Sequence record: NZ_CP088248.1
Source of the DNA: a plasmid
Strand: one strand, 5' to 3'
Length of the DNA: 52,774 nucleotides
Every line of letters starts with the position of its first letter. The first letter of the stretch is position 1. The notes beneath the pieces are model-generated. The model was given only the letters and a program-made list of their open reading frames with translations. It searched no databases and had not been told where the DNA came from. Positions 27,750 to 36,070 of this stretch are shown piece after piece. Both the position numbers and the translations under genes were made by a program.

Positions 27750-28412
27750 ATGATCATCGGGGTGCTCAACCAGAAAGGCGGAGTCGGTAAAACGACCCTC
27801 GCCACCAACCTGGCGGCGGTCATCGCCAAGGCCGGCTACCGTGTGCTGCTGGTCGACGCCGACCCGCAGGGCAGCTCTATGGCTTGGTCGTCCGTGCGCG
27901 AGGCCGAGCCGCTGTTCCCGGTGATCAGCATGGCCAAGCCAACCCTGCACCGCGACCTGCCGGAGATCGCGGCCGACTACGATGTGGTGATTATCGACGG
28001 CGCACCCAGGGTCAACGACCTCGGCCGCGCTGCGATCCTGGCCAGCGATGTGGTGCTCATGCCGGTGCAGCCGTCGCCCTACGACGTATGGGCCTCGGCC
28101 GACACGGTGCAACTGGTCAAGGAGGCCCAGCAGTTTAAGGAAAACATCAAACCCGTTTTTGTGGTGAACCGCAAAATCGTAAATACGGCGATCGGGCGCG
28201 ATGTGCATAATGCCCTGTCCCAGTTCGAATTTCCGATCCTGCCGGTGGAGATTTGCCAGCGCGTCGGCTTCGCCGAGAGCGCCAGCCAAGGCATGTCCGT
28301 GATCGAGACGGACCCCAAGAGCGATGCCGCACAGGAAATCAGCCAGCTGGCCGCCCAGCTTGTCGACATGAAAGCCAAACCCAAGACCAAGAAGGAAAGG
28401 AAGGCCGCATGA
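27750..28412 (+). CDS. parA: ParA family partition ATPase (small type Ib)
   Basis: Deviant Walker A KGGVGKTT, and VLLVDADPQGS. Confidence 0.9.
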   Translation: MIIGVLNQKGGVGKTTLATNLAAVIAKAGYRVLLVDADPQGSSMAWSSVREAEPLFPVISMAKPTLHRDLPEIAADYDVVIIDGAPRVNDLGRAAILASDVVLMPVQPSPYDVWASADTVQLVKEAQQFKENIKPVFVVNRKIVNTAIGRDVHNALSQFEFPILPVEICQRVGFAESASQGMSVIETDPKSDAAQEISQLAAQLVDMKAKPKTKKERKAA

Positions 28413-28714
28413 GCAAGGGAGCCAAGCAGGTCTCGTTCAAGGTGCCCGCATCCAAGCTGGCGCCGGCTGCCGACGCCTGGATCGCCAACCGCGGTGCCGA
28501 GCCCACGACTACGGATAGGGAAGGGGGCTCCGTGACCGCCCTCAAGGCTGTTGAAGCCGCTCCGGCGCCGGAGCCGAAGGAGAAGATGTCCCGCTTCACC
28601 ATCGACGTGCCGGAAAGCCTGCACCGCCGTGTGAAGATGCAGTGCGCGGCACGCGGTCAGAAGATGGCCGACATGATGCGGGATCTGCTCGAGCGCGAGT
28701 TCCCGACATCGTAA
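28409..28714 (+). CDS. Ribbon-helix-helix (ParG/CopG-like) partner protein of ParA
   Basis: C-terminal RHH (SRFTIDVPESLHRRVKMQCAARGQKMADMMRDLLERE). ATG at 28409 overlaps the parA stop (ATGA). The longer 28253 frame is an artefact. Confidence 0.7.
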   Translation: MSKGAKQVSFKVPASKLAPAADAWIANRGAEPTTTDREGGSVTALKAVEAAPAPEPKEKMSRFTIDVPESLHRRVKMQCAARGQKMADMMRDLLEREFPTS

Positions 28715-28765
28715 ATCCGCTGATGCAGAATTCCGCTTTTACGATCTTCCGGAAATCCTGGTGTG
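28708..28765. repeat. Motif cluster between parG-like and repA: ATCGTAAATCCGCTGATGCAGAATTCCGCTTTTACGATCTTCCGGAAATCC
   Basis: Contains both orientations of the (T)ACGAT core plus TGCAGAA and CCGGAAATCC, all shared with copies at 22341..22547 and 27337..27358. Confidence 0.5.
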
Positions 28766-29995
28766 AGTGATCCCGTCCGTCTCGACCTGATGCCCCTCGA
28801 CGCGTTCGGGGCCCTCGGGCTGCATGAGAAGAACGCCTACCTGCAGGCGCTGGCGGACACGTTCTGCGCCAGGACCGGCCGCGAGACCCTTGTCCTCAAC
28901 AAGGACGCGCTGAGCCGCCTCCGGCGCTTCTACAGCCGGCGCAGCCTGGCTGACCTCAAGGTCGGGCCTGAGCCGACAGACCCGATCGGCATCGCCCTCA
29001 AAGCGCTCGGTGATGCGGTCAAGCTCAACGAGCGCCAACCCGATATCGTCGGCGCGCTGGTCTCTGAGCTGCCGGCGCCGGTGATGCGTGAGGCGCCCGA
29101 CGACGACGCCCAGCTCGCGTTCTTCGTGCCCAACATCTACGACGCGCCGCTCAAGGACGACGTCAACCTGATGGATGTCGCGCCATTCTCGCTCGGCAAG
29201 GCCAAGCGGGAAGGGGTCATCCGTTACGAGCTGAAGGACTGCATCATCACGATCGATGGCAGCGCCTCAGCCGGCCTCGCCACCGTGTTCGACTACGACA
29301 TCTTCCTGCACATGGTTTCGAGCCTCGCCGATGAGGCCAACCGGTACCGCCGAGCGTTGGAGAAAGGACTTCGTATCGATGTACCGGCGCGGGTCTACCG
29401 ACCTAATGCTGCGCACATCCTCAAGTTCTGCCGTCGCTCCAACGGCGGCAAACAGTACAAGGACCTCGAGGCCGCGCTGGACCGACTCAAGGGCACCAGC
29501 GTCAAGGTGGTCAATCTCGGCAACGGCAATCGCCGTGAGATGATCTCGATGTCGCTGATCCAGGACTACCGGACAGTCAGCCGCACCACGACAGGCAACG
29601 TCGACCAGGTCGAAATCGAGATCCCCGATTGGGTCTACGATGGCGTGGTGCGCCAGAAGGGAAACCCGCAGATCCTGACCTTGAACGCCGACTACTTCCT
29701 GATTTCACAGGGGCTTGGCCGCTACCTTTATCGGCTGTCCAAGCGTGCTGCCGGCAAAACCGTCGCCCGCTACGGAATGACCGAAATCCACAAGCGCAGC
29801 GGCTCCAAACAAGCTCTGCCGCAGTTTGCCCATCAGGTGCGCAAATTCGTTGAAAGCACCAAGATCGCGCCGTTGCCCGAATACGACCTAGAGATCATCC
29901 CCGGCAAACGCGAAGACGTGCTTATCATGCGGGCGCGCGGCACCGAAACCTTGCACGCAGGTGCCGTGGTCGCCCCCGAGCTTCCGTTCGACTGA
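28763..29995 (+). CDS. repA: Plasmid replication initiator RepA (Replication initiator protein A/RPA family)
   Basis: FFVPNIYDAPLKDDVNLMDVAPFSLGKAKREGVIRYELKDCIITIDGSASAGLATVFDYDIFLHMVSSL matches the RPA-family N-terminal domain. GTG start. Iteron-containing oriV lies immediately downstream. Confidence 0.8.
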   Translation: MSDPVRLDLMPLDAFGALGLHEKNAYLQALADTFCARTGRETLVLNKDALSRLRRFYSRRSLADLKVGPEPTDPIGIALKALGDAVKLNERQPDIVGALVSELPAPVMREAPDDDAQLAFFVPNIYDAPLKDDVNLMDVAPFSLGKAKREGVIRYELKDCIITIDGSASAGLATVFDYDIFLHMVSSLADEANRYRRALEKGLRIDVPARVYRPNAAHILKFCRRSNGGKQYKDLEAALDRLKGTSVKVVNLGNGNRREMISMSLIQDYRTVSRTTTGNVDQVEIEIPDWVYDGVVRQKGNPQILTLNADYFLISQGLGRYLYRLSKRAAGKTVARYGMTEIHKRSGSKQALPQFAHQVRKFVESTKIAPLPEYDLEIIPGKREDVLIMRARGTETLHAGAVVAPELPFD

Positions 29996-30019
29996 CTCCG
30001 TTTTTGTCAGCGATTTTTG

Positions 30020-30330
30020 TCAAAACCGTACTTCGCCAATCGGGGCAGCAGCGGGCCGAAGGCCACAGCCGCGCTGTGGATAATTCTTGTCAATGCCGTA
30101 CTTCATCAACCAAAAACCGTACATCATAAATGTCAAACCGTACTTCGCCTATGACAAGCCGTACATCATAAATCTGAGGGCCGTACTTCGCCAATCAAGG
30201 ATGGCCTCAAGTCACTGATTTTAACCAATGTTTTTTGTCAGAGGGGCAGGTCGCTAATGCCTAAAACTCTTAAAGTCTTTTAAAACACTCTAAAACACCG
30301 GTTCTGTGGATAACTTCGGGGTTGCACCGT
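30020..30330. other. oriV: six iterons, two perfect DnaA boxes (TGTGGATAA at 30075..30083 and 30305..30313) and an AT-rich stretch (30200..30300)
   Basis: Read directly. See the iteron feature. DnaA box TTATCCACA on the reverse strand, twice. Confidence 0.8.
30026..30195 (+). repeat. Iterons, core CCGTAC(T/A)TC(G/A)(C/T)C(A/T)A(T/A), six copies. Starts at 30026, 30096, 30117, 30138, 30159, 30181, each preceded by GTCAA(A/T). The last four are tandem at 21-22-bp spacing.
   Basis: CCGTACTTCGCCAAT, CCGTACTTCATCAAC, CCGTACATCATAAAT, CCGTACTTCGCCTAT, CCGTACATCATAAAT, CCGTACTTCGCCAAT. Confidence 0.85.
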
Positions 30331-30758
30331 TACGAAAACTGGTGCAGCAGCCCGATTCGACCTATCTGGCAAATCCAGTGCAACGGAAAGCCCGCCCCTT
30401 TTTGGCTCCGCCAAAAACCCGCTCCCCCACCCAATGCGGAAGCCGCCTCCGGCGGCTGATTCCAAAATGGGTCCTCCTAACGGCGAACAAGAGGGGCTGC
30501 CGGGACTGTGGGTGGCAGATCGACCTCAGTGGCCCCTGGAGACGTTTTGGGCTGCTCAGCCGACAGAGAGCGGCAAGAGGCTTGAAAAACCCGCTACAGC
30601 CCTCCTGAGAGGCTTTGTCCCGCGCCTTGCGCGGGGAGGATGATGGTGCGGTCGCTCTGCGACCGCTGAACCAGCCTGACTCGAGATGGAGGAAGCTGGA
30701 GACATCGGCGCAGGACCGGACCAGGGGGCCCATGTTCTGGCAGCCGGTTTTGTCAAAA

Positions 30759-30773
30759 CCGTACATCATCAAT
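30759..30773 (+). repeat. Distal seventh iteron CCGTACATCATCAAT (preceded by TTTTGTCAAAA)
   Basis: Same core, about 560 bp from the array. Confidence 0.6.
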
Positions 30774-30984
30774 GCGCTTGGCCGATAGGTTGGGGAGGTC
30801 AGACCAACCAACCGGGTGCCACCTAAGGTTCTACATGGGCGCCCGCAAAATCGTATTTCTGTAAATCCGATTTGCAGGATTTGCAGAATTATGTGTGCGA
30901 GATGGCTAATGGGGTAGAGGTTGAGCGGTGCCGATTGGCCGCTAAGGACCATACGCGCGTGCGGTAATCACGGATGGCGTGGAT

Positions 30985-31221
30985 ATAATGGCATCAACGG
31001 TGACAGCCATCCCACAGGTGAAATGGCTGCCGATCCCTTCACGGTCATCGCCATCCCTGGCTGTACCGTGAGATCATGCTGACACAAAAAACCGATCCCT
31101 TCGAGAAAATCCTAGCGGGGGTACGGGGGCCGGTAATGAGGCCCCCGCGCGCGTAGCGCGTGGAAAGGCTCGCGCCGTAGGCGCGACCGCATCGCCCCGC
31201 GCAGCGGGGCGATCGTTTTTT
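30985..31221 (+). ncRNA. Candidate small structured RNA: TATAAT-like -10 (30985..30990), three consecutive GC hairpins, the last an intrinsic terminator
   Basis: Hairpins GGGGGCC-N9-GGCCCCC (31124..31146), TCGCGCC-GTA-GGCGCGA (31170..31186), ATCGCCCCGC-GCA-GCGGGGCGAT plus T6 (31191..31221). No convincing ORF on this strand. Confidence 0.3.
31191..31221 (+). terminator. Intrinsic terminator (10-bp perfect stem, 3-nt loop, T6)
   Basis: ATCGCCCCGC GCA GCGGGGCGAT CG TTTTTT. Confidence 0.6.
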
Positions 31222-31576
31222 AGGGCGTGAAACCAACGGCGCCCGTGAAACCGCAGTAACCCCCTGCAGTGTCCGTCCACACCTGCACGGCAACCATGCC
31301 GCCGATTCCGCCGAAGATCAGGCCCACTCCGGTCGGCCGCGTCCACGGGAAAATGGCGAGGAAGACTCCAAGCACCATCAACAGCTGGCTCAGCCCCGGC
31401 CCGAGGCTGTTGATGATCGGGTGCCCAATCGAGCAGGCGAGCCAACGCGGGACCCCGGTGTCGAACCCGAGCCAGTGCAGTCCGGCAACCGTACCCCCAG
31501 CGATCACAAACAGGGCCAAGCCACTGACCAGATCATCGTCGAGGGAACGGCTGCGCATGAGGTGAGCCTTCTGCAT
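31220..31576 (-). CDS. Small membrane protein (3 TM), divergent from the relaxase gene
   Basis: Hydrophobic helices (LALFVIAGGTVAGL, LLMVLGVFLAIF, LIFGGIGGMVAV). Confidence 0.45.
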   Translation of the reverse strand: MQKAHLMRSRSLDDDLVSGLALFVIAGGTVAGLHWLGFDTGVPRWLACSIGHPIINSLGPGLSQLLMVLGVFLAIFPWTRPTGVGLIFGGIGGMVAVQVWTDTAGGYCGFTGAVGFTP

Positions 31577-31641
31577 GGGTGTTGGCTGAATGGGTGCTGC
31601 GGACACAGGCAGCTGCAAAAGAAGGTCTAGCGTTTTGTAAT

Positions 31642-31684
31642 GGCGCACTTATACATTGGGTATCCAACATAGGTGCGCCCCGGC
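31642..31684 (+). other. Candidate oriT: inverted repeat GGCGCAC...GTGCGCC followed by an RSF1010-like nic-region core ATAGGTGCGCCCC
   Basis: Lies in the divergent intergenic region immediately upstream of the MOBQ relaxase. GGTGCGCC resembles the RSF1010 nic core TAAGTGCGCCCT. Confidence 0.4.
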
Positions 31685-31722
31685 CACAGGCCGTGGGCGT
31701 TGCGGTGGCAACGGAGGGCGCA

Positions 31723-32973
31723 GTGGCATCTTTCCACTTCTCGGCCCAGGTCATCGGAAGGGCGAAGGGGCGGTCGGCAATCGCCGCTGCGGCGTACCGT
31801 GCTGGCGAACGGCTGAGAGACGATCAGACCGGCGCGGAACACGACTTCACTCGCCGTCAGGGCGTCGTGCACACCGAGATCATGCTGCCAGACGGGGCTG
31901 CACCCTGGCTGGCCGACCGACAGAACCTCTGGAACCACGTCCACCAGATCGAGACTCGCCGCGACGCTCAACTCGCCCGCGAGATCAATCTGGCCCTGCC
32001 GCATGAACTCCCAGCCGAGGAGCGGCTGGCCTTGTTGCGTAACTTCATCCGCACCGCGTTCACCGACCGCGGCATGGTCGCGGACTTCGCCATCCACGCA
32101 CCGACCGATAACGATCCGCGCAACCATCACGCCCACGTGATGCTCACCCTGCGGAAGGCCACGCCGACGGGTCTGTACCGGGTCAAAACCCGGGAGTGGA
32201 ACTCGGACGCTCTGCTCAACACCTGGCGTGAAAGCTGGGCGACTTGGCAGAACCACTACCTTGCCCGTGGCCAGCATGAAGCGCGGGTTGATCACCGCAC
32301 ACTTGCGGTTCAGCAGGCGGATGCCCGGAACCGCGGCGACCGACTGGCTGCCGCAAGTCTTGACCGGCCGCCGGAAATCCACGTAGGCCCGCGGGCGCAG
32401 AACGCGGCGAGGCGTGGGGCTAAGCCGAAGAGCCTGCCGCGGACTGATCTGACCGCCCGCCCCCAAGGCGGCGCCTGGCGCTCCGCGAAGGCTGGCGGGA
32501 ACCGGCAGCGCGATATCACCTACCCACAGATCGATCGAGGCTCCCGGGCTGCCTACAACGCGCGCCGCGGCGCCCTTGCCGCGGCCGCAGTCTCCCGCCA
32601 CGTCGAAACCGTCCGGGCGCGCACGGCGCGGCTGAGGCTGATTGAAGGGCGCTACCTCAAGGCACTGCGGGCAACCAAGGAAGGCCTGCGCGACCTGCCG
32701 CGCGAACGTGGAGGCTTCCGGCGCTCGGGTGATCCGGCGCAACGCGCCAATCGCCTGGCCCTCATGTTGAATCGTCGTGCCCATCTACTGCGTCGGCTCC
32801 AGCTGCTGCGGTTGCTGTTGGGGCGGACCGACACGATCCTTAGCGGCCTGTTTCAGGTGCAGGATCGCGCGTTTGGACGAAGCCGCATCCTCACGGATCG
32901 GCTGTTGCCGCGGGCTAACGCGAGCGTGCGCGTGAACCTCCGGCCCGGGCGTAGCCGGGACCTGCTGTGGTAG
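31723..32973 (+). CDS. MobA/MobL family (MOBQ) conjugative relaxase
   Basis: ASFHFSAQVIGRAKGRSAIAAAAYRAGERL (catalytic Tyr motif I), HHAHVMLTLR (3-His motif III). GTG start with GGAGGG RBS. Confidence 0.85.
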   Translation: MASFHFSAQVIGRAKGRSAIAAAAYRAGERLRDDQTGAEHDFTRRQGVVHTEIMLPDGAAPWLADRQNLWNHVHQIETRRDAQLAREINLALPHELPAEERLALLRNFIRTAFTDRGMVADFAIHAPTDNDPRNHHAHVMLTLRKATPTGLYRVKTREWNSDALLNTWRESWATWQNHYLARGQHEARVDHRTLAVQQADARNRGDRLAAASLDRPPEIHVGPRAQNAARRGAKPKSLPRTDLTARPQGGAWRSAKAGGNRQRDITYPQIDRGSRAAYNARRGALAAAAVSRHVETVRARTARLRLIEGRYLKALRATKEGLRDLPRERGGFRRSGDPAQRANRLALMLNRRAHLLRRLQLLRLLLGRTDTILSGLFQVQDRAFGRSRILTDRLLPRANASVRVNLRPGRSRDLLW

Positions 32974-34522
32974 GTGCGTCCGGCATGTCGTCGTCATCAC
33001 CGAACCACCTGCTGGTGGGCAGAGTCACCACCACACCTTCAGCCTGCCGCCACGCATCGTAGAGGCCACGCCAGCGCCACTCCTTGTAGTAGCGGACCTT
33101 GGTGCCCTTGATCGGCGCACCGACCTGGTCGGGCATCATAATGATGCACTGGTTCGGGTTCATGAACCGCACCTCAGCAGCATCCAGCAGATCCCGGCCG
33201 GTTTCCGACTGGCCGTCCTGATGCTGCGCCCGGACCAGGCTCAAATTGCCGGCGGCAGTGCCGTAGGAGCTCGACATCACCGTCTGACGGCCGATGCCTT
33301 CGGCTACCTCACGGGCCGTCCGCGTGTCGGACACCCCGAACATCACCTGGGCGCCGGATCCGGCGATGAACGTGGTCGCGGTCTCCTGACCATAGAGCGC
33401 GCGCAGCTGGCCGAGGTCCTGAAAAATGATGACCGTCTGGCAGTAAGCCCTGAGCATGCCCATACCGGTGGCCAGAATGTCGAGGCGACCGAGGGCCTTG
33501 GCCTCATCGATCAGCAGCATCGGCTTGTGTGCCGGCGGCGGGCGGTCCTTGCTGCGCATCAGCGCGGCGACGGCACAGCCCATCATCACCCGCAGGAACG
33601 GCGTGAAGATATCGATCTTGTCGTCCGGCACCATCAGGTAGACGGACATCCCTTCCCGGCTGAGATCCTCCATCCGGAAGTCCGAGGCCTGGGTGATCCA
33701 TCCCCCGACCCGGTCCTTGCTCCAGAACGCCATGCCCTTGGCCGTGTTGTTCAGCACCGACTGGGTTTCCGGGTGTTCCAGGCCGTTGAGCGTGATGCGG
33801 CCCTGCTCGGCAATCGAAGGAATCCGGCTGCTGGCCATCTCCTCGAACAGCCCGCGCAGGGTCTCGCCCTCGGCGGCGATCAACTCGCGCACTAATGAGA
33901 GCGTCTGCTGCTCCTCGGGGTACGCGTGCAGGACGTGGCGGATCACCGCCGTGAGGACGTTCTTGGCGCTGGTGTCCCAGTGCCCCTCCCGGCTTTCCGG
34001 GATGACCAGAAAGCTGGCCAGCTGCGCCGTGTCGGTGTCCTCGTGGAAGGTGCCCTTGCGGATCATGGAGAGCGGGTTGAAGAAGTCGCTCTCCTCGGGA
34101 TGGATCGCGTCCAGGCGCCAGACCGGGCCCAGGGTTGAGCGATGCCGCTGCGTCACTGCGAAGTTTTCACCCTTCGGGTCAGTGACGATCACCGAACCCT
34201 TGTGGTCCAGGAGATTGGGCACGACCACGCCGACGCCCTTCCCCTTGCCCTGAGGAGCTACGCACAGCACCGCACCGTCGCCCTTGAAGCGGATGAACTG
34301 GCCGTAGGCCATGCCGACGATCAGCCCCTTGCTGCCGCCTAAGGCGTCGCCGCGCACCAGGTCATAGAAGCCGGCCCAGCGTGCCGACCCATGCGACGTC
34401 GGCCGTGACCGCAAGGCCTTCCGGCCCTGGCGGAACCCGTGCTTGAGCAGGAAAGCCAGCAGCCAAGCGGCCCACCTGAGCACGCGGAACACAACACGGA
34501 CGAGCAGCCAAAGCACGCGCAT
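32915..34522 (-). CDS. traG: Type IV coupling protein TraG/VirD4 family
   Basis: Walker A APQGKGKGVGVVVPN, TraG/VirD4 core (VIVTDPKGE, MLLIDEA Walker B). Confidence 0.85.
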   Translation of the reverse strand: MRVLWLLVRVVFRVLRWAAWLLAFLLKHGFRQGRKALRSRPTSHGSARWAGFYDLVRGDALGGSKGLIVGMAYGQFIRFKGDGAVLCVAPQGKGKGVGVVVPNLLDHKGSVIVTDPKGENFAVTQRHRSTLGPVWRLDAIHPEESDFFNPLSMIRKGTFHEDTDTAQLASFLVIPESREGHWDTSAKNVLTAVIRHVLHAYPEEQQTLSLVRELIAAEGETLRGLFEEMASSRIPSIAEQGRITLNGLEHPETQSVLNNTAKGMAFWSKDRVGGWITQASDFRMEDLSREGMSVYLMVPDDKIDIFTPFLRVMMGCAVAALMRSKDRPPPAHKPMLLIDEAKALGRLDILATGMGMLRAYCQTVIIFQDLGQLRALYGQETATTFIAGSGAQVMFGVSDTRTAREVAEGIGRQTVMSSSYGTAAGNLSLVRAQHQDGQSETGRDLLDAAEVRFMNPNQCIIMMPDQVGAPIKGTKVRYYKEWRWRGLYDAWRQAEGVVVTLPTSRWFGDDDDMPDAPTTAGPGYARAGGSRARSR

Positions 34523-34583
34523 AGCCTACTCCAAAGTGGGTTTAATCAGAAGCTAAGTGACTGTTGTTGCATCACAAATGTGC

Positions 34584-35039
34584 TCAGCGTCCGCGCCCCT
34601 GCGTCCGCGTCTGAATGCGGATTTCACGCTCGGGAGGGGGAAGACGGTGCTGCTGCGCCAGGTGGGCACGAGCGTTCCGCACATCGCCAAGCCGCTCACT
34701 GAGGTGCTTCAGGTCACGCAGGGCCTCTGGCAGTTCACCGACTGCCGCAGCGACCGCCCGGCGGCGCCAGCCCAGGAACCCCGTGCGGAACACACCGAAC
34801 GTTAGCTCGCGGCGAAGGACTGTCTCCTCAAACACCGCAATCGCATGGACGAACCCGCGCCGGCGGCTCAGCTTACGGAACGCCTGCGCAGCCAGATGCG
34901 GGTAAACGAAAATCTCGCCCATCAGCCGCTGAGCACGGGCCTCCGCCAGGCCGATGCCGAGACGCAGATCACGCTCGAGGACATCGTAGTCATGCGGGAT
35001 GCCACCAGGCGGGGCCGATGCGGTTTCAGCTGCGGACAT
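34584..35039 (-). CDS. Hypothetical protein upstream of traG (possible transfer accessory protein). Start uncertain.
   Basis: ORF only. Its annotated start overlaps a divergent ORF start (CATG), so an internal start (MGEIF...) is possible. Confidence 0.35.
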   Translation of the reverse strand: MSAAETASAPPGGIPHDYDVLERDLRLGIGLAEARAQRLMGEIFVYPHLAAQAFRKLSRRRGFVHAIAVFEETVLRRELTFGVFRTGFLGWRRRAVAAAVGELPEALRDLKHLSERLGDVRNARAHLAQQHRLPPPEREIRIQTRTQGRGR

Positions 35040-35250
35040 GAATGATCTGCCCTATACTGTTGGGATGTTGAGTTTTATTTATGACCTATGGATTGTTTGG
35101 TTCAGCCGTGAGCCGGTGCCACAGAGCTGGTCAGAGCTCATCAAAGATGTGGAGCGACTTCACCCCAACGACCGCTATATTCAGCAATGGAATGCCGAGT
35201 ACGAGCTCATTCGGCGTCAGGAGCAAGGACAGCGCGGTCACGACGCCTGA
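35038..35250 (+). CDS. Small hypothetical protein in a low-GC pocket
   Basis: MNDLPYTVGMLSFIYDLWIVWFSREPVPQSWSELIKDVERLHPNDRYIQQWNAEYELIRRQEQ. Markedly lower GC than its surroundings. Confidence 0.35.
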   Translation: MNDLPYTVGMLSFIYDLWIVWFSREPVPQSWSELIKDVERLHPNDRYIQQWNAEYELIRRQEQGQRGHDA

Positions 35251-35256
35251 CTTAAA

Positions 35257-35286
35257 GGCGTAAAATCGTAAAACCGTATTTACGCC
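35257..35286. repeat. 30-bp palindromic element GGCGTAAAATCGTAAAACCGTATTTACGCC carrying the AAAATCGTA core
   Basis: Outer arms GGCGTAAA / TTTACGCC are perfect inverted repeats. Lies between convergent ORFs. Confidence 0.5.
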
Positions 35287-35287
35287 A

Positions 35288-36070
35288 CTATTGAGGCAGG
35301 CCTACGTAGTAGAGCTCTTCCGGCAGGAAGGGGCGGGGAGCCGTGTCCGAGGGCGTCTTGAGCATCACCTTGAAGCGGTTCTTCTTCCAGTACGGCAGCC
35401 ACTGGTCGAACACGGCGAGGTTCTTCTCCTGCGTCATTCCGCAGTCGACCTTGAACTCGACCCGGTGGGTTCCAGGCGTCAGCCGCACCGAGCCAAAGTA
35501 GCTCTGTGAGCGATACACATCCCGTTCCGGGCGGCGGTCCGAACCGAACGCCGTAGTGCCCGTGATCAGCCGGTTGCCGCCGACGTAGAACGACCCGGAG
35601 CAGTTGAACCAAAGGGCGCCATACAGGAACAGCGGATCGATGGTCAGCACCGGGTCCAGGACCATCGAGAAGACGTAGATCCCGTCCTCCTTGGCATTCA
35701 GAATGCTGACGCCGTTGTAGATGAAGCGGTTCTGGCCCGTGATGTAGCGTGAGTGCATGTCGAAATTGAAGTCGAACATGGGCCCGGGAAAGCCGGCAAC
35801 GGCCTCGCTGTTGCCGTCCTGGCTCCAGGGAATGAGCCGAACAAACCAACCCGGGACGGCCTTGCCCTTGGGGGCGGCGGGCTTCGCGGCCGGCAGCGCA
35901 GCCACGCTGGTGTTCGGGCTCTTCCGCTCCTTGCTCTCCAGCTGATCCAGGCGGCGGTTCAGGGCCTCGAGTGCACGCATGATCGCAGCGTTATCAGGCT
36001 GTGCCGCTGGTGCCTCGGCCGTGGCTGAGGTGGCGGACATCAACGCGAGTCCAAGGCTCGCGACACGCAT
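35288..36070 (-). CDS. Secreted hypothetical protein (signal peptide MRVASLGLALMSATSATAEA)
   Basis: Signal peptide, then a coiled-coil-like segment, then a beta-rich domain. No family recognised. Confidence 0.55.
   Translation of the reverse strand: MRVASLGLALMSATSATAEAPAAQPDNAAIMRALEALNRRLDQLESKERKSPNTSVAALPAAKPAAPKGKAVPGWFVRLIPWSQDGNSEAVAGFPGPMFDFNFDMHSRYITGQNRFIYNGVSILNAKEDGIYVFSMVLDPVLTIDPLFLYGALWFNCSGSFYVGGNRLITGTTAFGSDRRPERDVYRSQSYFGSVRLTPGTHRVEFKVDCGMTQEKNLAVFDQWLPYWKKNRFKVMLKTPSDTAPRPFLPEELYYVGLPQ

Noticed and set aside
28253-28408. N-terminal 52-codon extension of the RHH-protein ORF overlapping parA
   Set aside because: The extension is Arg-rich out-of-frame read-through of parA. 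An ATG at 28409 overlaps the parA stop (ATGA) and gives a canonical RHH protein of about 100 aa.
30026-30195. Possibility that the tandem 21-22-bp repeats are a CRISPR array
   Set aside because: Repeat units are contiguous with no unique spacers, are flanked by DnaA boxes and an AT-rich region directly after repA, and no cas genes are present. They are iterons.
30362-30952. 196-aa minus-strand ORF next to oriV
   Set aside because: Overlaps the distal iteron and the hairpin-rich non-coding region (for example CCCGCGC-CTT-GCGCGGG at 30620 and GCGGTCGC-TCT-GCGACCGC at 30649). No coding-like composition or RBS.
31627-32784. 385-aa minus-strand ORF
   Set aside because: Antisense to the MobA/MobL relaxase. 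Pro/Arg/Gly-rich and no domain.
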